Part shown: piece after piece, positions 1 to 12,261 of the stretch
How the letters are laid out: each line of letters begins with the position of its first letter
Numbering within the stretch: position 1 is the first letter of the stretch
Origin: Balanoglossus misakiensis
Taxonomy: Eukaryota > Animalia > Hemichordata
Length of the DNA stretch: 64,000 nt
NCBI GenBank assembly: GCA_040954595.2
Contig: CM082596.2
Coordinates: 1,143,754-1,207,753 of the forward strand
Direction: 5' to 3'
The notes under the pieces: model-generated
The model's input: only the letters and a program-made list of their open reading frames with translations
Told to the model about the DNA's origin: nothing
The model's database searches: none
Position numbers and translations under genes: made by a program

Positions 1-5
1 ACATA

Positions 6-442
6 CAGTGCAGCTTAGGAATAGCTTTCCAACTGCACCAACACTGGGTCAGCTCTGTTTAAACACTGGGTCAACTCTGGGTTGGCACCCTATTGGCGCT
101 CTAATTAGCACCTATTGGGCTTGTGTTTAACTGGGGTGTTCCAAAACAATAGGGTGCGCCAAGGTGCTAACACTGAACAATGCCAAGTGCCAGGGCCAAC
201 AGATTCACACCTTTGTAACACTTGGAACACACAGGCTAACACTGTGTGCCAAAACAATAGGGTGCGCCAAGGTTTAACACCTTTGTAGCACATGCTAACA
301 CTGAACAATGCCAAGTGCCAGGGCCAACAGATTCACACCTTTGTAACACTTGGAACACACAGGCTAACACTGTGTTGGCTCATTATAAACACCGTGTCAG
401 CAAGTTGTTAGCAAATTGGAAAGCTATTCCTAAGCTGCACTG
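6..442. mobile_element. Non-autonomous Tc1/mariner-type DNA transposon (MITE), 437 bp
   Basis: Perfect 27-bp terminal inverted repeats CAGTGCAGCTTAGGAATAGCTTTCCAA (6-32) / TTGGAAAGCTATTCCTAAGCTGCACTG (416-442), flanked by TA at 4-5 and 443-444. CAGTG termini plus a TA duplication are typical of Tc1/mariner. No transposase ORF. Confidence 0.85.
141..376. repeat. Internal ~108-bp tandem duplication within the MITE
   Basis: ccaaaacaatagggtgcgccaagg...caggctaacactgtgt occurs at ~141-248 and again at ~249-376, the second copy with a ~20-bp insertion. Confidence 0.85.
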
Positions 443-522
443 TACATACATACATACATACATACATACATACATACATACATACATACATACATACATA
501 CATACATACATACATACATACA
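443..522. repeat. (TACA)n microsatellite
   Basis: About 20 perfect TACA units directly after the right TIR; 'acata' at 1-5 suggests the tract continues on the left of the element. Confidence 0.95.
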
Positions 523-801
523 GATTAATGACAAGATTATTATTAGTTAAGTTAATAATCTAGTACTTACTGTAGTCACAGTCATCTAGCACCTGACGGG
601 CACTGTCTTTGTCCTGTTTGTGAAATAAATATGAATCCACATCTATATTAATTTCACCAAACATTCAAACTTGTCAATGACAGGTGTTTTGAAGCACACA
701 GCAGACAGCAAGATCTAATATGCCAAGCTTAATGTAAGATATGTTCATTCATGTATGATGTTTGAAAGACAAGTAAATGTAAAACTTTACGAGTTACTCA
801 C

Positions 802-1526
802 CCCAAAACGAAGGAGGCACTCAGCACGATTACAAAGCACAGTCTCTTCCATTGACCAATCTTTTCCTAAGCCTTCTTCACACTGTAGGGTCATTAGATT
901 GAGAACTTCATTGTAGCAGATGCAAGCTTTACTAATTTCCTTCTCGCAGAAGAGTGCATTACCTTCGGCTTTTAGATCCAATTCAAGTTTTACAATGAAT
1001 TCCTTGAGCTGAAACGAACATAGGGAGTTCATGTTTGGTACACTGTTATGGACTAAAATAGGTAGAAAGTTTGCCCAAAGTTTATTACGAAATAGGATCG
1101 TGCATTGCAATTTGTCATCTTGCTGAGGTGTTACAATAAGGTATAAAATGACTACCATAAATAATCAAATAAACTAGCAAGTTTACATGTTTTATTGCGT
1201 CATAAAGCATATTATTAACATTAATGACATCTTACCTGTTGTAGGGGTATAGCTTTCCTCTTTGGAGATCTGAAAACGAATCAAAAATAATTGTTCAGTT
1301 TAGCCACTGTCCGTTGAGATTAGAGACATTGCCCGACTTTACTTGATGGTATGGAGAGAGAAAAATAACTTCAGACTCACTTTGCAACTTTGAGAGTCTC
1401 CGTGATTCTTCTCTGTCGTTTGGAACGACTTTCTCCCTCTGGTGGCCATTGGATTTCTGTATTACCATTAGGCCAGTTTGATAAGTTGTGATAGACAAGA
1501 TTCTTAATTGCCCTTTCCCGATCCAT
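802..1526 (-). CDS. ZC3H7: 5' portion of a TPR-containing gene resembling ZC3H7 (CCCH zinc finger 7 / RoXaN); coding exons 1526-1381, 1269-1236, 1008-802; gene continues off the left edge
   Basis: Three exons join in frame over canonical GT-AG introns: MDRERAIKNL...RSKRQRRITETLKVAKSPKRKAIPLQQLKEFIVKLELDLKAEGNALFCEKEISKACICYNEVL...VLCNRAECLLRFG. The TPR motif (LKAEGNALF...Y...NRA.C) and the preceding helix resemble the ZC3H7A/B N-terminus as I recall it. The zinc fingers are not in the window, so the symbol is tentative. Confidence 0.6.
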
Positions 1527-4357
1527 CTTCTTAGGGAAAGTTACGACTTCTTCTGCAAAAATAAATTAGCGATATTGGCGAACGAAAAGGGATGGCCGCG
1601 TAAAGCAAACATTTTCATAAGCAAGATGTTCATTTCACTTCGTTCATTTCAGCATGATGGATAGTACTGACCAATCACAGCCCTTTCTAGTCTGATCCTC
1701 ATTTCCACCGCCTGGCTGCGCTGCCGATGTTTACAAAGGCATTGTACAAATAGTTTGTCCAAACAAAAATTACTTTCGTTTCACCTTCGTGTTAAGCAAT
1801 AAGCGTGACCAGTAAAGATTGTCTTTCAAAGAGTTGACCGCCCATGGCCATTTGGTCAGTTTCGGCCAATAACACATGGTCAACACATTCTGAAAACGGC
1901 GTCGTCATCTGCAGTGACGTCGTTGTTGGATGCAATACCTATGCTAACCCAAGACAAATGTGAAAGTGACTCCAGATTTCTATAAGATCGACAGGCACAC
2001 ACAACTGCTTCCAAGAACTGCAGTTGGAATATTTTGACCAGCCACTTCCGAGAAATCGTCATTAAGTAGCTAGGTTTTTTTCAACTCTTTGCAATTTTAT
2101 CCTCCGTCAAAAGTTTAAAGTTTTTGTTAATACATCTCATACAAAGCCATTAATTTGTGATGACAGGAAAAAAAATCAACGGCATAGGCCTAAATATGAT
2201 TGAAATCCATGCTAGTGAAAATGCGCTGTAGTCTCCATATGAAACGCGGCGATTGCGATGTTGTCAGTGACATCATCGGGATTGCGATATTGTGACGTCA
2301 TCAGTAGTCGTTTATCCCAAACTGACGCACGTGTCAGGCTGTTACCATACAAGTAAAGAAAATAGAGGATAATACTTAAAAGAGAAAGGTCTGGGTTCAG
2401 ACGAATGTGATACAAACGTGTTTTATTTCCATTTCATTTAATGTAATTGTGAACTGTTGTAGCGACGTGGACTTTAGTCCGGACTACGTGGAATTATAAG
2501 TTATGTTGTAGGTCTGTTTCCGGTAATAGCAAAACGAAAGCTGCACAAACTTGAAACCGCCATGTTGTTTGCATTAAATGAGAATTTACTGCTCACCGCA
2601 CAGCATGTGTTAATAAATGATCAACTTTATGACTCCAACAAAAACGTGGTTCTTCCATAAAAATGCTTTTACGGTATATGGTATACAATTTCTAACTTCT
2701 GACTCCGAGACAGGTACTCGAGATGTGCATTAGCCTTGAAAATCTTATACAGAATGTAAGTATAAAACGGGTTATTGTCCCGGGATATTGTGTTCAATAT
2801 ATCGGTAGCTATGGAGATCGGACGGCACTGAAGATCACGCGTGCGCATACCGGTTAAATATAGCTAGACTAGTGTTAAATTATGTCATGGACGAAGTAGT
2901 ACATGCACAATTGTGTTTGGCAGCGATGGAAGTTAGTATGCGTCAGTGATAATAATCTGGTAATACCTGTCATCGCAGGTGTCACATACGTATGTATGTA
3001 GGTGTCTGTCTGTCTGTATGTCAGTCTACCACAGCCTAGAAACACATCAATGTCAACTATTTTTAAACAACACAATATTTAACAGCAATTGTTGACACAG
3101 TGTGCCCTTAAAATTCATGAGTCCAAAGTGTTTCCTGTATGCCTACGTGTTTATTTTTACTGCAGAACACAAGCTGAAACAGGCAAGGAAGTCCATACCC
3201 TTAAGACTATGGTCACATCAAACCGAAAGTCATGGCATTGTCAGTCCTTAACAGACTGTATAGGCCTACAAGCTTATGCGTTGAAATTGATTTCAGGATA
3301 AACTTGGAAATCAACAACATACACTCTGATTGTATATTTCGTTCAAACATGGCATTTTAAACACAAATGACGACAGCCTACGCGCCTATGTCATGTATGT
3401 AGCTTTATAGCGTACCAGTGCAATATATTACAGTACTTCCGTGTTCAAGATCCCCCATTGCAATCACCAAACCACTTAATATTATAATCCATTCAGTAAA
3501 GTTCACGGGCGCTATTGTAGCTTAACTCGACTCACCTAGTTTTAAGTCATCCAGGCCCGTAAGGCGGGCGCCGTTGCGTTTACCGCCGCCACGACCCACC
3601 GTATATGCACAAACGCTAGTCCCGTGACGTGAAGTACACAAACAAACGCAATCGTGTAACCTTAGATGACCTATCTATTTTGAAGAAATCATGTGACAGC
3701 GTTTTTCAACGAAACTGGGAGTCACGTGACTTCTTTCTACGAACTCGCCTGTCCAGGTCGAAACATAGCACACGTCTCTCAAACCTTTGTCTATTTTCAG
3801 TCATTTTAATTTGTTCTGCACAACAGCAGCTTGTTGTAGATGATTTATTGGAAACTCAAAATAAGTACATTTTTGGCACAAAGTTCATTTCTAGTGTTGC
3901 ATCATTAAAACATTCTAAAAATTGAAAGCAAATTGTAAAAGAGAATGATTGATTTAAAATTGCACCAATATGAATAACTGGCAACTTGCCCAATCGAGCT
4001 CCGATTGTCATTCACCAGTATCAGTACATGGTAGTACAATGTATGTACTTATTAAATATTTTAATATAAAACTTGACATTATTCCTTTGGAATAATTGTC
4101 TATATATACCCTCCTCATAGGAGACAATATTAGTAACTATTTTTTCAAACTGAAATAAACAATTAGTCCGACCACATAATTCGTGGCACCATTGAAGGAG
4201 TACTGCTCAATATTATTCAGGATATTAATCCTGTCTACAAGCGCCTGGGAGTAATTCTTTAAATTGTCTGGATCGCCCACAGAAGATCAGTTTCTATGGT
4301 TACCATGAACTCGATCCATGTAAGGCTCAAGTTCTCGTCTTCGCAAAATATTGTCTT

Positions 4358-6767
4358 CTACTTTTTTGATTGTTTTCGCTTTTGTTCTTCAAAGATTTCC
4401 GTTGCCTTTTGGTAAATTCGCACATCGTAGTACAAAGCCTCTGAAACTTTCGGGTCTGATTGAAGTGTCGACTTCAACTCTTTGACAATTTCTGATCTGT
4501 TTCGCTTTGTCACTTCGCCTTCTTCTGTGTAAGCATGATAATTCCACGATTGGGTGGAGCACGTGGAAAAAGGTAATTGAAATGCGCCCTCTAGCAATTG
4601 AAGGGTGGTGGTGTATTCAGTGTTCAGTCCTATCACAGCAAACCAGTCCTCGAGGTTTTCCAGAACGTATTGTAAAATTTCCTCTTTATCGTATTTGCTC
4701 ATGGTGGATTCAAATACCAGTTCGTTTCTATACCAACAAGGGATCATGTTTGGTTCTTCCGGCAAACCCTTCTTTTTGCGGAGCTCGTCGACGACGTCAT
4801 CGTATTCGTGAGTGCAGAAACGGGGGTTATACAGTAACTGGCGGAAGAAAAAACTGCCTTGGAACATTGCCCACTCGTTGACAGAAACCTTATTGGCGTC
4901 TTTTATAACGCAGTGGTATTCATTTCTTACTTTGCAATATTCGTATGACGATATGGCTCTCTCGTAAGGATCTCTCAGTACTGTTATATATGCACAGTTG
5001 GTCTGCAAATAGTCACAATTTCCGAATATGTGGCCCCCAGTGTAGAACTTGTGAAACACCTTGTGAGTTGGTGATCTCTTCATACCTTCGTAATAATCGC
5101 CAGAATTTATATCACAAACCACGAACGGCTGATCAAAATTAAATCTTTTTGCAATGTTTTCCATACAAATCTTCAAAGTGGTTCCACCCGATTTCTGGTT
5201 ATGTACAAATACAATATTACTTGAGGTGTATTCATCACCCGTTCTTTTACCTTTAGTGTAAAAGTTCGGCAAGAAATTTTGTTTGTCCAGCCATGGAAAT
5301 TCTTCCAAAATTCTCCTATATTTGGATGATGTTGTATTTCTGTTTTTGGTCATTTGGTCTTTGGCATTGGTCGCTACATTTGCCCTAGCTGGTTGAGCTA
5401 CTGCAATTGCTGGTTGGCCTGCCACATTCACTGGTTGGCCTGCCACATTCACTGGTTGGCCTGCCACACCCACTGGTTGGCCCGCCACCTTTACTGGTTG
5501 GCCTGCCACGTACACTGGTTGGCCAGCCACATTCACTGGTTGGCCTACAACGTTCACTGGTTGGCCGGGTTGGCTCCCAAATCGAGCCTCTGGATTTACA
5601 GGGGCTGCCACCTGTGGAGCTGCCATATTCACTGGTTGACCTGCCATGTTAAATGGGTGACCGACCATATTTACTGGTTGACCGACCATGTTTACTGGTG
5701 GACCGACCACATTCACTGGTTGACCAACCATGTTCACTGGTTGCATTCCTACATTCACTGGTTGGTGTCCCGCATCTACTGGTTGGCCCACCCCGTTCAC
5801 TGGATTGTTGGCCGCTATGTTTAATTGGACGGCCATATTTTCGGGCTGGTTTCCCTGGTTGGGTAACTGAGCTGCCGGGTTCGCTGATTGGACGGGTTCG
5901 TTTACTGACTTAGCTGTCAAGCCTGGTGATTGGCCAGCTGCATTCACTGGTTGTGGCACAACGTTTTGTGGCTGAACAGCCGGATTTACTGGTCTTCCAA
6001 CTATTGGCCCAACAATCACATCATCAGACTGCACATTGTTTTGTTTATTCCCCGCTTCTTGTCCGAAATTCGGTTTCGTCATCTCTTCTCTTCTCAGTGG
6101 GTTTTCGTGTCTGTTGTGAGGAGGAAATAGAGGATCTGGTCATAGCCTACATAAGTTATATTCAAGTCGATTACACAGCGTTCCTCTAATCCATCACCAG
6201 ACTATACTGGCCGTCAGCCAACTGCTGTAAATGTGTTGTTCATTTTTTGTATACCCACGGCGAGACTTCTTTACAAACCGTTGCTTCTTTGTGTTGTCAT
6301 TAAATGACAAATAGTCAGTGGCACTGGAATGACATGGCCACTATCTATAGAATGGACAATAGGGGTCCGACATGGGCCGGGGGATCCTTTCACGAGAGGG
6401 GTCTAGCATGGGAGAGAGAATCTTTTCATGATATATATTTCACATGAATTGCATAATGTAGACAGAATTTTTACTGCAGCACACCGCTGGCAATTGTTGA
6501 TTTTTACAATGCAAATTCAAAGCCTCTTCCCCAATCCTGCTTTATGGCAGAAGATAAAATAAAATGACATCGTTTGCGTAAAGAATCATGTTTGTACGTT
6601 ATGCTTATAAACAGATTATCCAGGTGGGTCACATCTACTTACCCGACTCCTGTGAAGTCTACGTGTATGGTGGGTCCCAGTGACTTCCATGACAACAGAA
6701 GTGTTGTCAGTAGCAAGCCCACGGCAATTAACACCGTGATTTGCTTCTTTTTATGGTATATCGCCAT
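4358..6767 (-). CDS. Type II membrane carbohydrate sulfotransferase A (Sulfotransfer_2 / HS6ST / Gal3ST-like fold), ~625 aa; coding exons 6767-6643 and 6110-4358
   Basis: Exon 1 encodes MAIYHKKKQITVLIAVGLLLTTLLLSW (basic tail plus signal anchor) and ends GG|GTAAGT. A phase-2 acceptor cctcctcacaacAG joins it to the 4358-6082 ORF. 5'-PSB motif IVFVHNQKSGGTT, 3'-PB motif YITVLRDPYERAISSYEY, plus WFAVIGLNTEY and LYYDVRIY. Confidence 0.88.
5405..5960 (-). repeat. Coding 21-bp minisatellite encoding QPVN(V/M)(A/V)G heptapeptides in the sulfotransferase A stem
   Basis: Repeated unit ~cctgccacattcactggttgg on +; about 20 copies in the translation, cleanest at 5405-5570 and 5610-5810. Confidence 0.92.
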
Positions 6768-8090
6768 TTCTTGCTAGTCTTGAATGATAGGGACTCCCTA
6801 GACAGATAAAACAAAAATAGTAAGGTACGATTGATTTCTATGCATGTCTTCCTACCAAGAGGTACGTCGCCTTCACCAAGATAGCTACCAGTACATGCCA
6901 ACATACAATAGTGAAGTAAAGATCCTGGTCAGATTGATCAAATTCTCATTCATACAAATGTATTGAGTTCGCGCATGTCTGTGCAGAAGACTCCCCCCCC
7001 CGACCATTGCGTGTTGTCGTGGTTGGTTTGGTATGTTTGCGGGACATCCCTACGAGGTCATGCATTTCCACAAAGGCGGCTGTCGAGACTGTTGATTGTC
7101 TTCATGTAGATACCACAAGTAGCATGAGAGTAGTAATTGACCACGTCTCCTTGCTATAAATGTCTTTTACTGTGAGTGACTGCCAGTGAGTGGTCATGGC
7201 TATTTCTTTGTGTGTAGCTATAAATGTCTTTTCAATTTTCTTGTTTACACTGCAACGATGCTGAATACCCCAGGCGATCGCAGTCTCCTTTCATGAAAGT
7301 CAACGGACTGTCAAAACACCAATATTGCGTACGATTGCATGGCCTACAATGTAATTTAGGCTAGGCTTGCATCTGGACATCTTAATACAGGTGTAAATCA
7401 AGACTTTTGTTTGTTAACACTAATCGTATTTGTTCCAAGGATACCACGCCCAACTGACCAATACCTGAAAACGCTGTTGGTGTACTTTCTCCGACTTAGT
7501 ATACCATTGTTGAATTCACTCAACCGCCATAAAGAGTCATTAAACAAACTAGTGGTGCACTTTGTGACACTGATTTCACAAGTCTTCTTTTTTGCGGATC
7601 AGGTGGTTCAGTCAAACTTTTATCCCTCGCAACATCATGTACATAGACTGAGAATGTTTTGTCATGAAATGTGGTAAGAGGGAGAAGGCCAACCCATAAC
7701 AGTAAGGAACTTCATAACCACCTTGCGTAAAACTTCTCAGATTATTAAAAACGGTCCCCACAGCGTCATTGGCCTGGTGCCATGCTTTTAAAACACCTCA
7801 TACTGATGATATCATGAATTGGATTGACTGGTGGTTGTGGAAGGTTGTTTTCTTAAGCCCTTACTGACCTATATGCGCCGAAGGTCACAAGCAAACAAAT
7901 GAAGCGTTGGACTTTCATTTTTTTCTGCCTGGCTGCCGCAACCACTGTTCAAGTACATAACCTGAAACGTCTGTCTTGAATTTTATACAGGAAATATCTT
8001 GTTATCACTGACAAGTTTATTCAACCCTGGCAGGCGAATCCGTTATTTTTACGTTAATGAAACACTTAAACGGAAAACAACCCAACTTAC

Positions 8091-8220
8091 CGTCATACAC
8101 CACCAGCTACACTTCCTTGCATGCAGTAAACTCTTACACTAACACTAACAGGTGGTTGGCGCATGCGTGCTTTGGTCGGACACGGAAGCGCACACGGGGG
8201 TGGGGGAGGGCGTGGCCGTG
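8091..8220 (-). promoter_or_regulatory. Putative non-coding first exon and TATA-less promoter of sulfotransferase A
   Basis: Minus-strand donor G|GTAAGT at 8090. Upstream lie an NRF1-like GCGCATGCGT (~8159-8168), an ETS-like CGGAAG (~8183) and an SP/KLF GC/GT box run (~8196-8217). A matching acceptor lies at ~6798 before coding exon 1. Confidence 0.45.
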
Positions 8221-8872
8221 ACTAATCAACTTATCAAACGCCCGTATATGCCGTTTGCAGAAAAGTTGGCACCACAGAGGTGGAACTGATTACTCATGAG
8301 TTGCTGGTAGACGTTATCTGAATTGAATACTGAAAGTTTTGTATTGTAATATGGTTTATTAGTTTAAAAATATCCCGGAAACAATCCCGAAGAAGCATAA
8401 AACGCCAGATGTAGCATATTTTCTGAACCAGAAATAGAATAAAGAATTAAAACATTCCATTATGATTATCAGATAATGTTACGTTTTCCATAGGAAACAT
8501 CAATAAAATAAAATAGATTATTGCATATTTACTATTCTTGCGATATGGTGGATAGTTTTCCCGTGACTTTGTACTCTCTTAGGAAAAATAAATATTATTA
8601 TTATACACCTTCTGCTCCTAACGATACACTTCTCCTCGACACGAGGAGGGCAGTGGTACCGACTTGGAGAAGCCTAAACAATATCCTGTTGTAGGATGAC
8701 CTGAACTAGTTCAGACTTTGATATACCAATTCAAACAAAGTTCCAAATTAATGTGTAAATGTGAACAGCGGTAAACAAGAATTAGCTTAGCAGTGCCGCT
8801 GATTTTCTGGGCATTATATAGACATTCAAAACAGGCCTTTAGTCACAGTTTATTATAATATGTGAAGCATTA

Positions 8873-11344
8873 TCAATTGGTGTTTCTTTCGTATGTAGTC
8901 TTCTGTCTGTCAAAAATTTTGCGTGCTTCCTCGAATATCTTGACATCGAAATACAAAGCCTCTTGGACTTCTGGGTCCTGCATCAGCTGCTGTTTGAGCT
9001 GGCTGACGATGTTCTTGCGTTGAACGCCGCCTCCTTCACCCTCGGCTGTGTAAACGTGGTAGTTGAGGACACTGCCTTTGCAACGAGAGAACGGTAGTTG
9101 GAAAGCACCTTCTAACATTCCAAGGAATGTATCATAGTCGTCGTTGATTCCCATGACGGCGAACCAGTCCTCCAGGTGATCTAATACATACCGTAAAACC
9201 TTCATTTTGTCCCTCTTATTCATGACTTCACTCAAAACCAGTTCATTTCTGTACCAGCAAGGTATTTTAGCAGCCGTTTCTTTCAATCCTTTCTTTACAC
9301 GTAAACTTTCTATGACTTTGTCAGATTGTTGTGTGCAAAATTCGAAGTTGTAGAGCAACTGTCTGAAGAAGAAGCTCCCTTGAAATACCGCCCAGTCATT
9401 AACAGATACCTCCTTTGCGTCATAAATCTGGCAGTGGAGTTCGTTTCGGACTTTGCAGTATTCGTACGACGATATCAGTCGTTCATAGGGATCTCTTAAC
9501 ACAGTGACATAAGCGCATGCTTGGGAGGCAAAATCGCAGGTCTGAAAAGAGTGACCACCAGAATGGAATTTGACAAGGTCATGACGACCGTGCCTTGTCA
9601 TGGCGCTGTAATAATCCCCCGAATTGATATCACAGACCACAGCCATTCTGTCGAAGTGGAAATCTTTGGCGATATCTTCCATGCAAAGTTTGAGGGTGCT
9701 GCCACCTGACTTCTGGTTGTGTACAAACACCACTGAGGCCGAAGAATAATTCTTGGCAGTTTCTTCGCCTTGTTGCGACTTTCTTTTGGTGTAGAAATTT
9801 GGCATGTAATTCGGTCGGACTATCCAAGGAAATCTCTTGGTAATGTCTGCGTCGTTTGATGTTGTCGACTCGCTTTGGCGTAATTGGTCAAGAAACCGAT
9901 CAGCCTCTTTTGCATCAAAGATATTTGTTGGCAATTTACTTTCCAGTTGATTGTTGGAAAGCCCTCCTGTGTCAGCTGGTTGTTTGACATTATTAACTGC
10001 CGGCTGTCCCTCCTTTGAAGAAGTATCTGCCTTTTTTGGTTGAAGTTGCTGGGCTTGGACAGCGCCATCGTGTGGTTCGATGTATAATTTTGATTGTCCT
10101 GGTTTATGTTGAACAGGCTGTGCGTTTTCTGTTGTCTTTCCATCCCCGTTTCTTGGTGGCACGTTTCTGCGAGAATAAATTAAATGCATTAATGGCCATG
10201 AAGGAGATTATGTGAATGGTAGCCAGTGGAGCCAACACTCTGGGTATGGTCGCTATGGTAACGATTCGCGCAGTCGTACTACGCACATTCTGAAAATACT
10301 GACGGGAAGACTATTATAGTTAATTGGAATTCTAATTGAAATGGTGCATAAAACAGCTGTTGTCATCAATTCTTCACAAAGTGATAACCACCATGCATGA
10401 CATTTTGCAGAGGTTGTCTATTCAACCAGAAATGACGGGAATGTATTGTATTCTCAAAATGTAATGCGTTTTTTCTGGGACTCTGGTTGTCCGAAATTTG
10501 GTCCGACGCCAGACAGTGTTACGTCAGTGGAATCGGATTGGGTCGCGTCGAATAGTCGGACCATGACATAATAGTATACAGCAAATTATGGTCGGTCCAT
10601 GAACATACCTAGACCAGACACCAAACTGATGTGTACAGTATGGTTGACTCTTTGGGGACAATACTGTCACCTATTAAATTGTAATGTATGCACTGTTTGT
10701 CAGCAAACGGCACCCTTTAGGCTATCTTTGCGTTGCAATCAATTACTCAAATGGGTGGCTTTTGTTGGAGCGTTCACGTCAGATACTCTAAGTCCCAGGG
10801 CTCCCGGTCTGCCCATAGTCCAGCGCTATTAATAACACTATGCTAGTTGTTGCACTAAATTAAAAAGCTCATGTGACGAGGGGAGAGAGAAGCTAACAAA
10901 TGCCAGCATTTCTGTCATCACATTGAATATAGTACAAATTGATAAGCTTGATTTATTAGCTTGCTCTTCTCTTCATTTTACTGGTATATATTCTGATAAT
11001 GAAACGACTTTCTCAAACATATGTGTCCTATTTTCTCATATCCAATTTCTCTACCGTCAAACATTTTTGCGTGCGTAATTGATCCTCATCAAGAAATAGC
11101 TCAGTGAGGGCCCCGCCTATCGAGTTCCTGGGTCACTCATGAGTCACTCACATAAAACATACAGTGCAAAGGCGACAAAAGCCAGGCATTTTTAATGTAC
11201 CCACCTTATGTTATGAGAGTACCCATCGTGTTGTGAAATATCTGTTACTTGGAAGGACGGGTGTTGCCATAATATGAGGATACCAACACTTGCCAGAGAA
11301 CATAGAACCACAACGTTAATATATTTTACTCGATAGGCCAGCAT
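8873..11344 (-). CDS. Type II membrane carbohydrate sulfotransferase B, tandem paralog of A, ~477 aa; coding exons 11344-11205 and 10166-8873
   Basis: Exon 1 MLAYRVKYINVVVLCSLASVGILILW (signal anchor) ends AG|GTGGGT. A phase-2 acceptor ttattctcgcAG joins it to the 8873-10189 ORF. Motifs VFVHNQKSGGST, YVTVLRDPYERLISSYEYCKVRNE, WFAVMG and LYFDVKIF; same intron phase as paralog A. Confidence 0.88.
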
Positions 11345-12128
11345 CGTGTATGTTGTCTGATTACACCACGGTGTTGAGTTGACAAACTGGCAGTGGTTGA
11401 AACATGGATTGTTCGCCGACAATAAATACTGTGTACGAATCGTCTGTAGAGAACAAACAAATCATGCAGTCGTTACAATTACACCCTGCAGGAATAAAGA
11501 AAGGACGTCGCGATGAGACGAGAATTGCGTCTGGTACAACCAGGACATGATTGTCAATAACCTGTAGGTGCCTTGATGCAGTATGGTGATCCAATTTTAA
11601 AAGTACAGCGACTAGTCTTCATCAAATACTGCGCTGTTATTAAACATATAGCGCTCTGGGTGGAGTGAGCTGAACACAAAGAGTCCAACAGCTGTTTTGA
11701 TCTCTCTTTGAAAACAGAATACAGAGCGCGAGTGTCGTTAATAACGTCCAAACAATGTCACCAGCGTTTTACATTACAGGCACACACGATGCTGTCCTCA
11801 TGATAAGTGTCACGGCGTCTGGTGTTAACTACAATATATTCAAAAGTCGACGTACGTGATGTGTATTTTAATCCACAGTGCAGTTGCTATATTGGTCTGC
11901 GTCGTTTTTTATTTGCCGCACCTTCGTTCGGGTTCGAAGGACTGTCTACACTTAAAAATACACGAATCAATATTGGCGGTATCTCGTGCTTATTTTGGCC
12001 ACACAGATGAAGCGGGCCTCTTAAAATTAACGAAGTACAAACATAGCAATCACAAAAACAGAGTGTTAGACTCCTGTCTCGTGGGAAAATAACTGAAAGA
12101 CGTGTTTTTCTGAAGAAATGTGACTTAC

Positions 12129-12261
12129 CGTTCAGTGCCATGGACACCATGCCAATTTCGGACACTTGGAATATATTACGTAATAAGTCCTGTACCAATA
12201 ACTCCACAGGTTGTTGCTAAAGGAGCCCTTTCTTTATATTCGGCTTAGTTGCCCTAGCAAC
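12129..12261 (-). promoter_or_regulatory. Putative non-coding first exon and TATA + RFX X-box promoter of sulfotransferase B
   Basis: Minus-strand donor G|GTAAGT at 12128, TATAAAG on minus at 12232-12238, and X-box GTTGCCCTAGCAAC at 12248-12261 fitting GTNRCC(N0-3)RGYAAC. Confidence 0.5.

Noticed and set aside
105-563. Short ORFs including (HTYI)n
   Set aside because: They derive from the MITE interior and the TACA microsatellite.
2700-3925. Possible additional gene between the ZC3H7-like gene and sulfotransferase A
   Set aside because: Short ORFs lack recognisable motifs and I could not build a consistent exon chain.
5354-5913. Plus-strand ORFs with HWLA / SLVG repeats
   Set aside because: Antisense shadows of the 21-bp coding repeat in sulfotransferase A.
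6082-10189. ORF-track start codons at 6082 and 10189 as true sulfotransferase starts
   Set aside because: Both would lack a signal anchor; in-phase upstream TM-encoding exons with good splice sites exist.
10470-10625. gtccga/tcggac-rich patch with faint similarity to ~4165 and ~6362
   Set aside because: Possibly old repeat fragments, but no definable ends, TIRs or target duplication.
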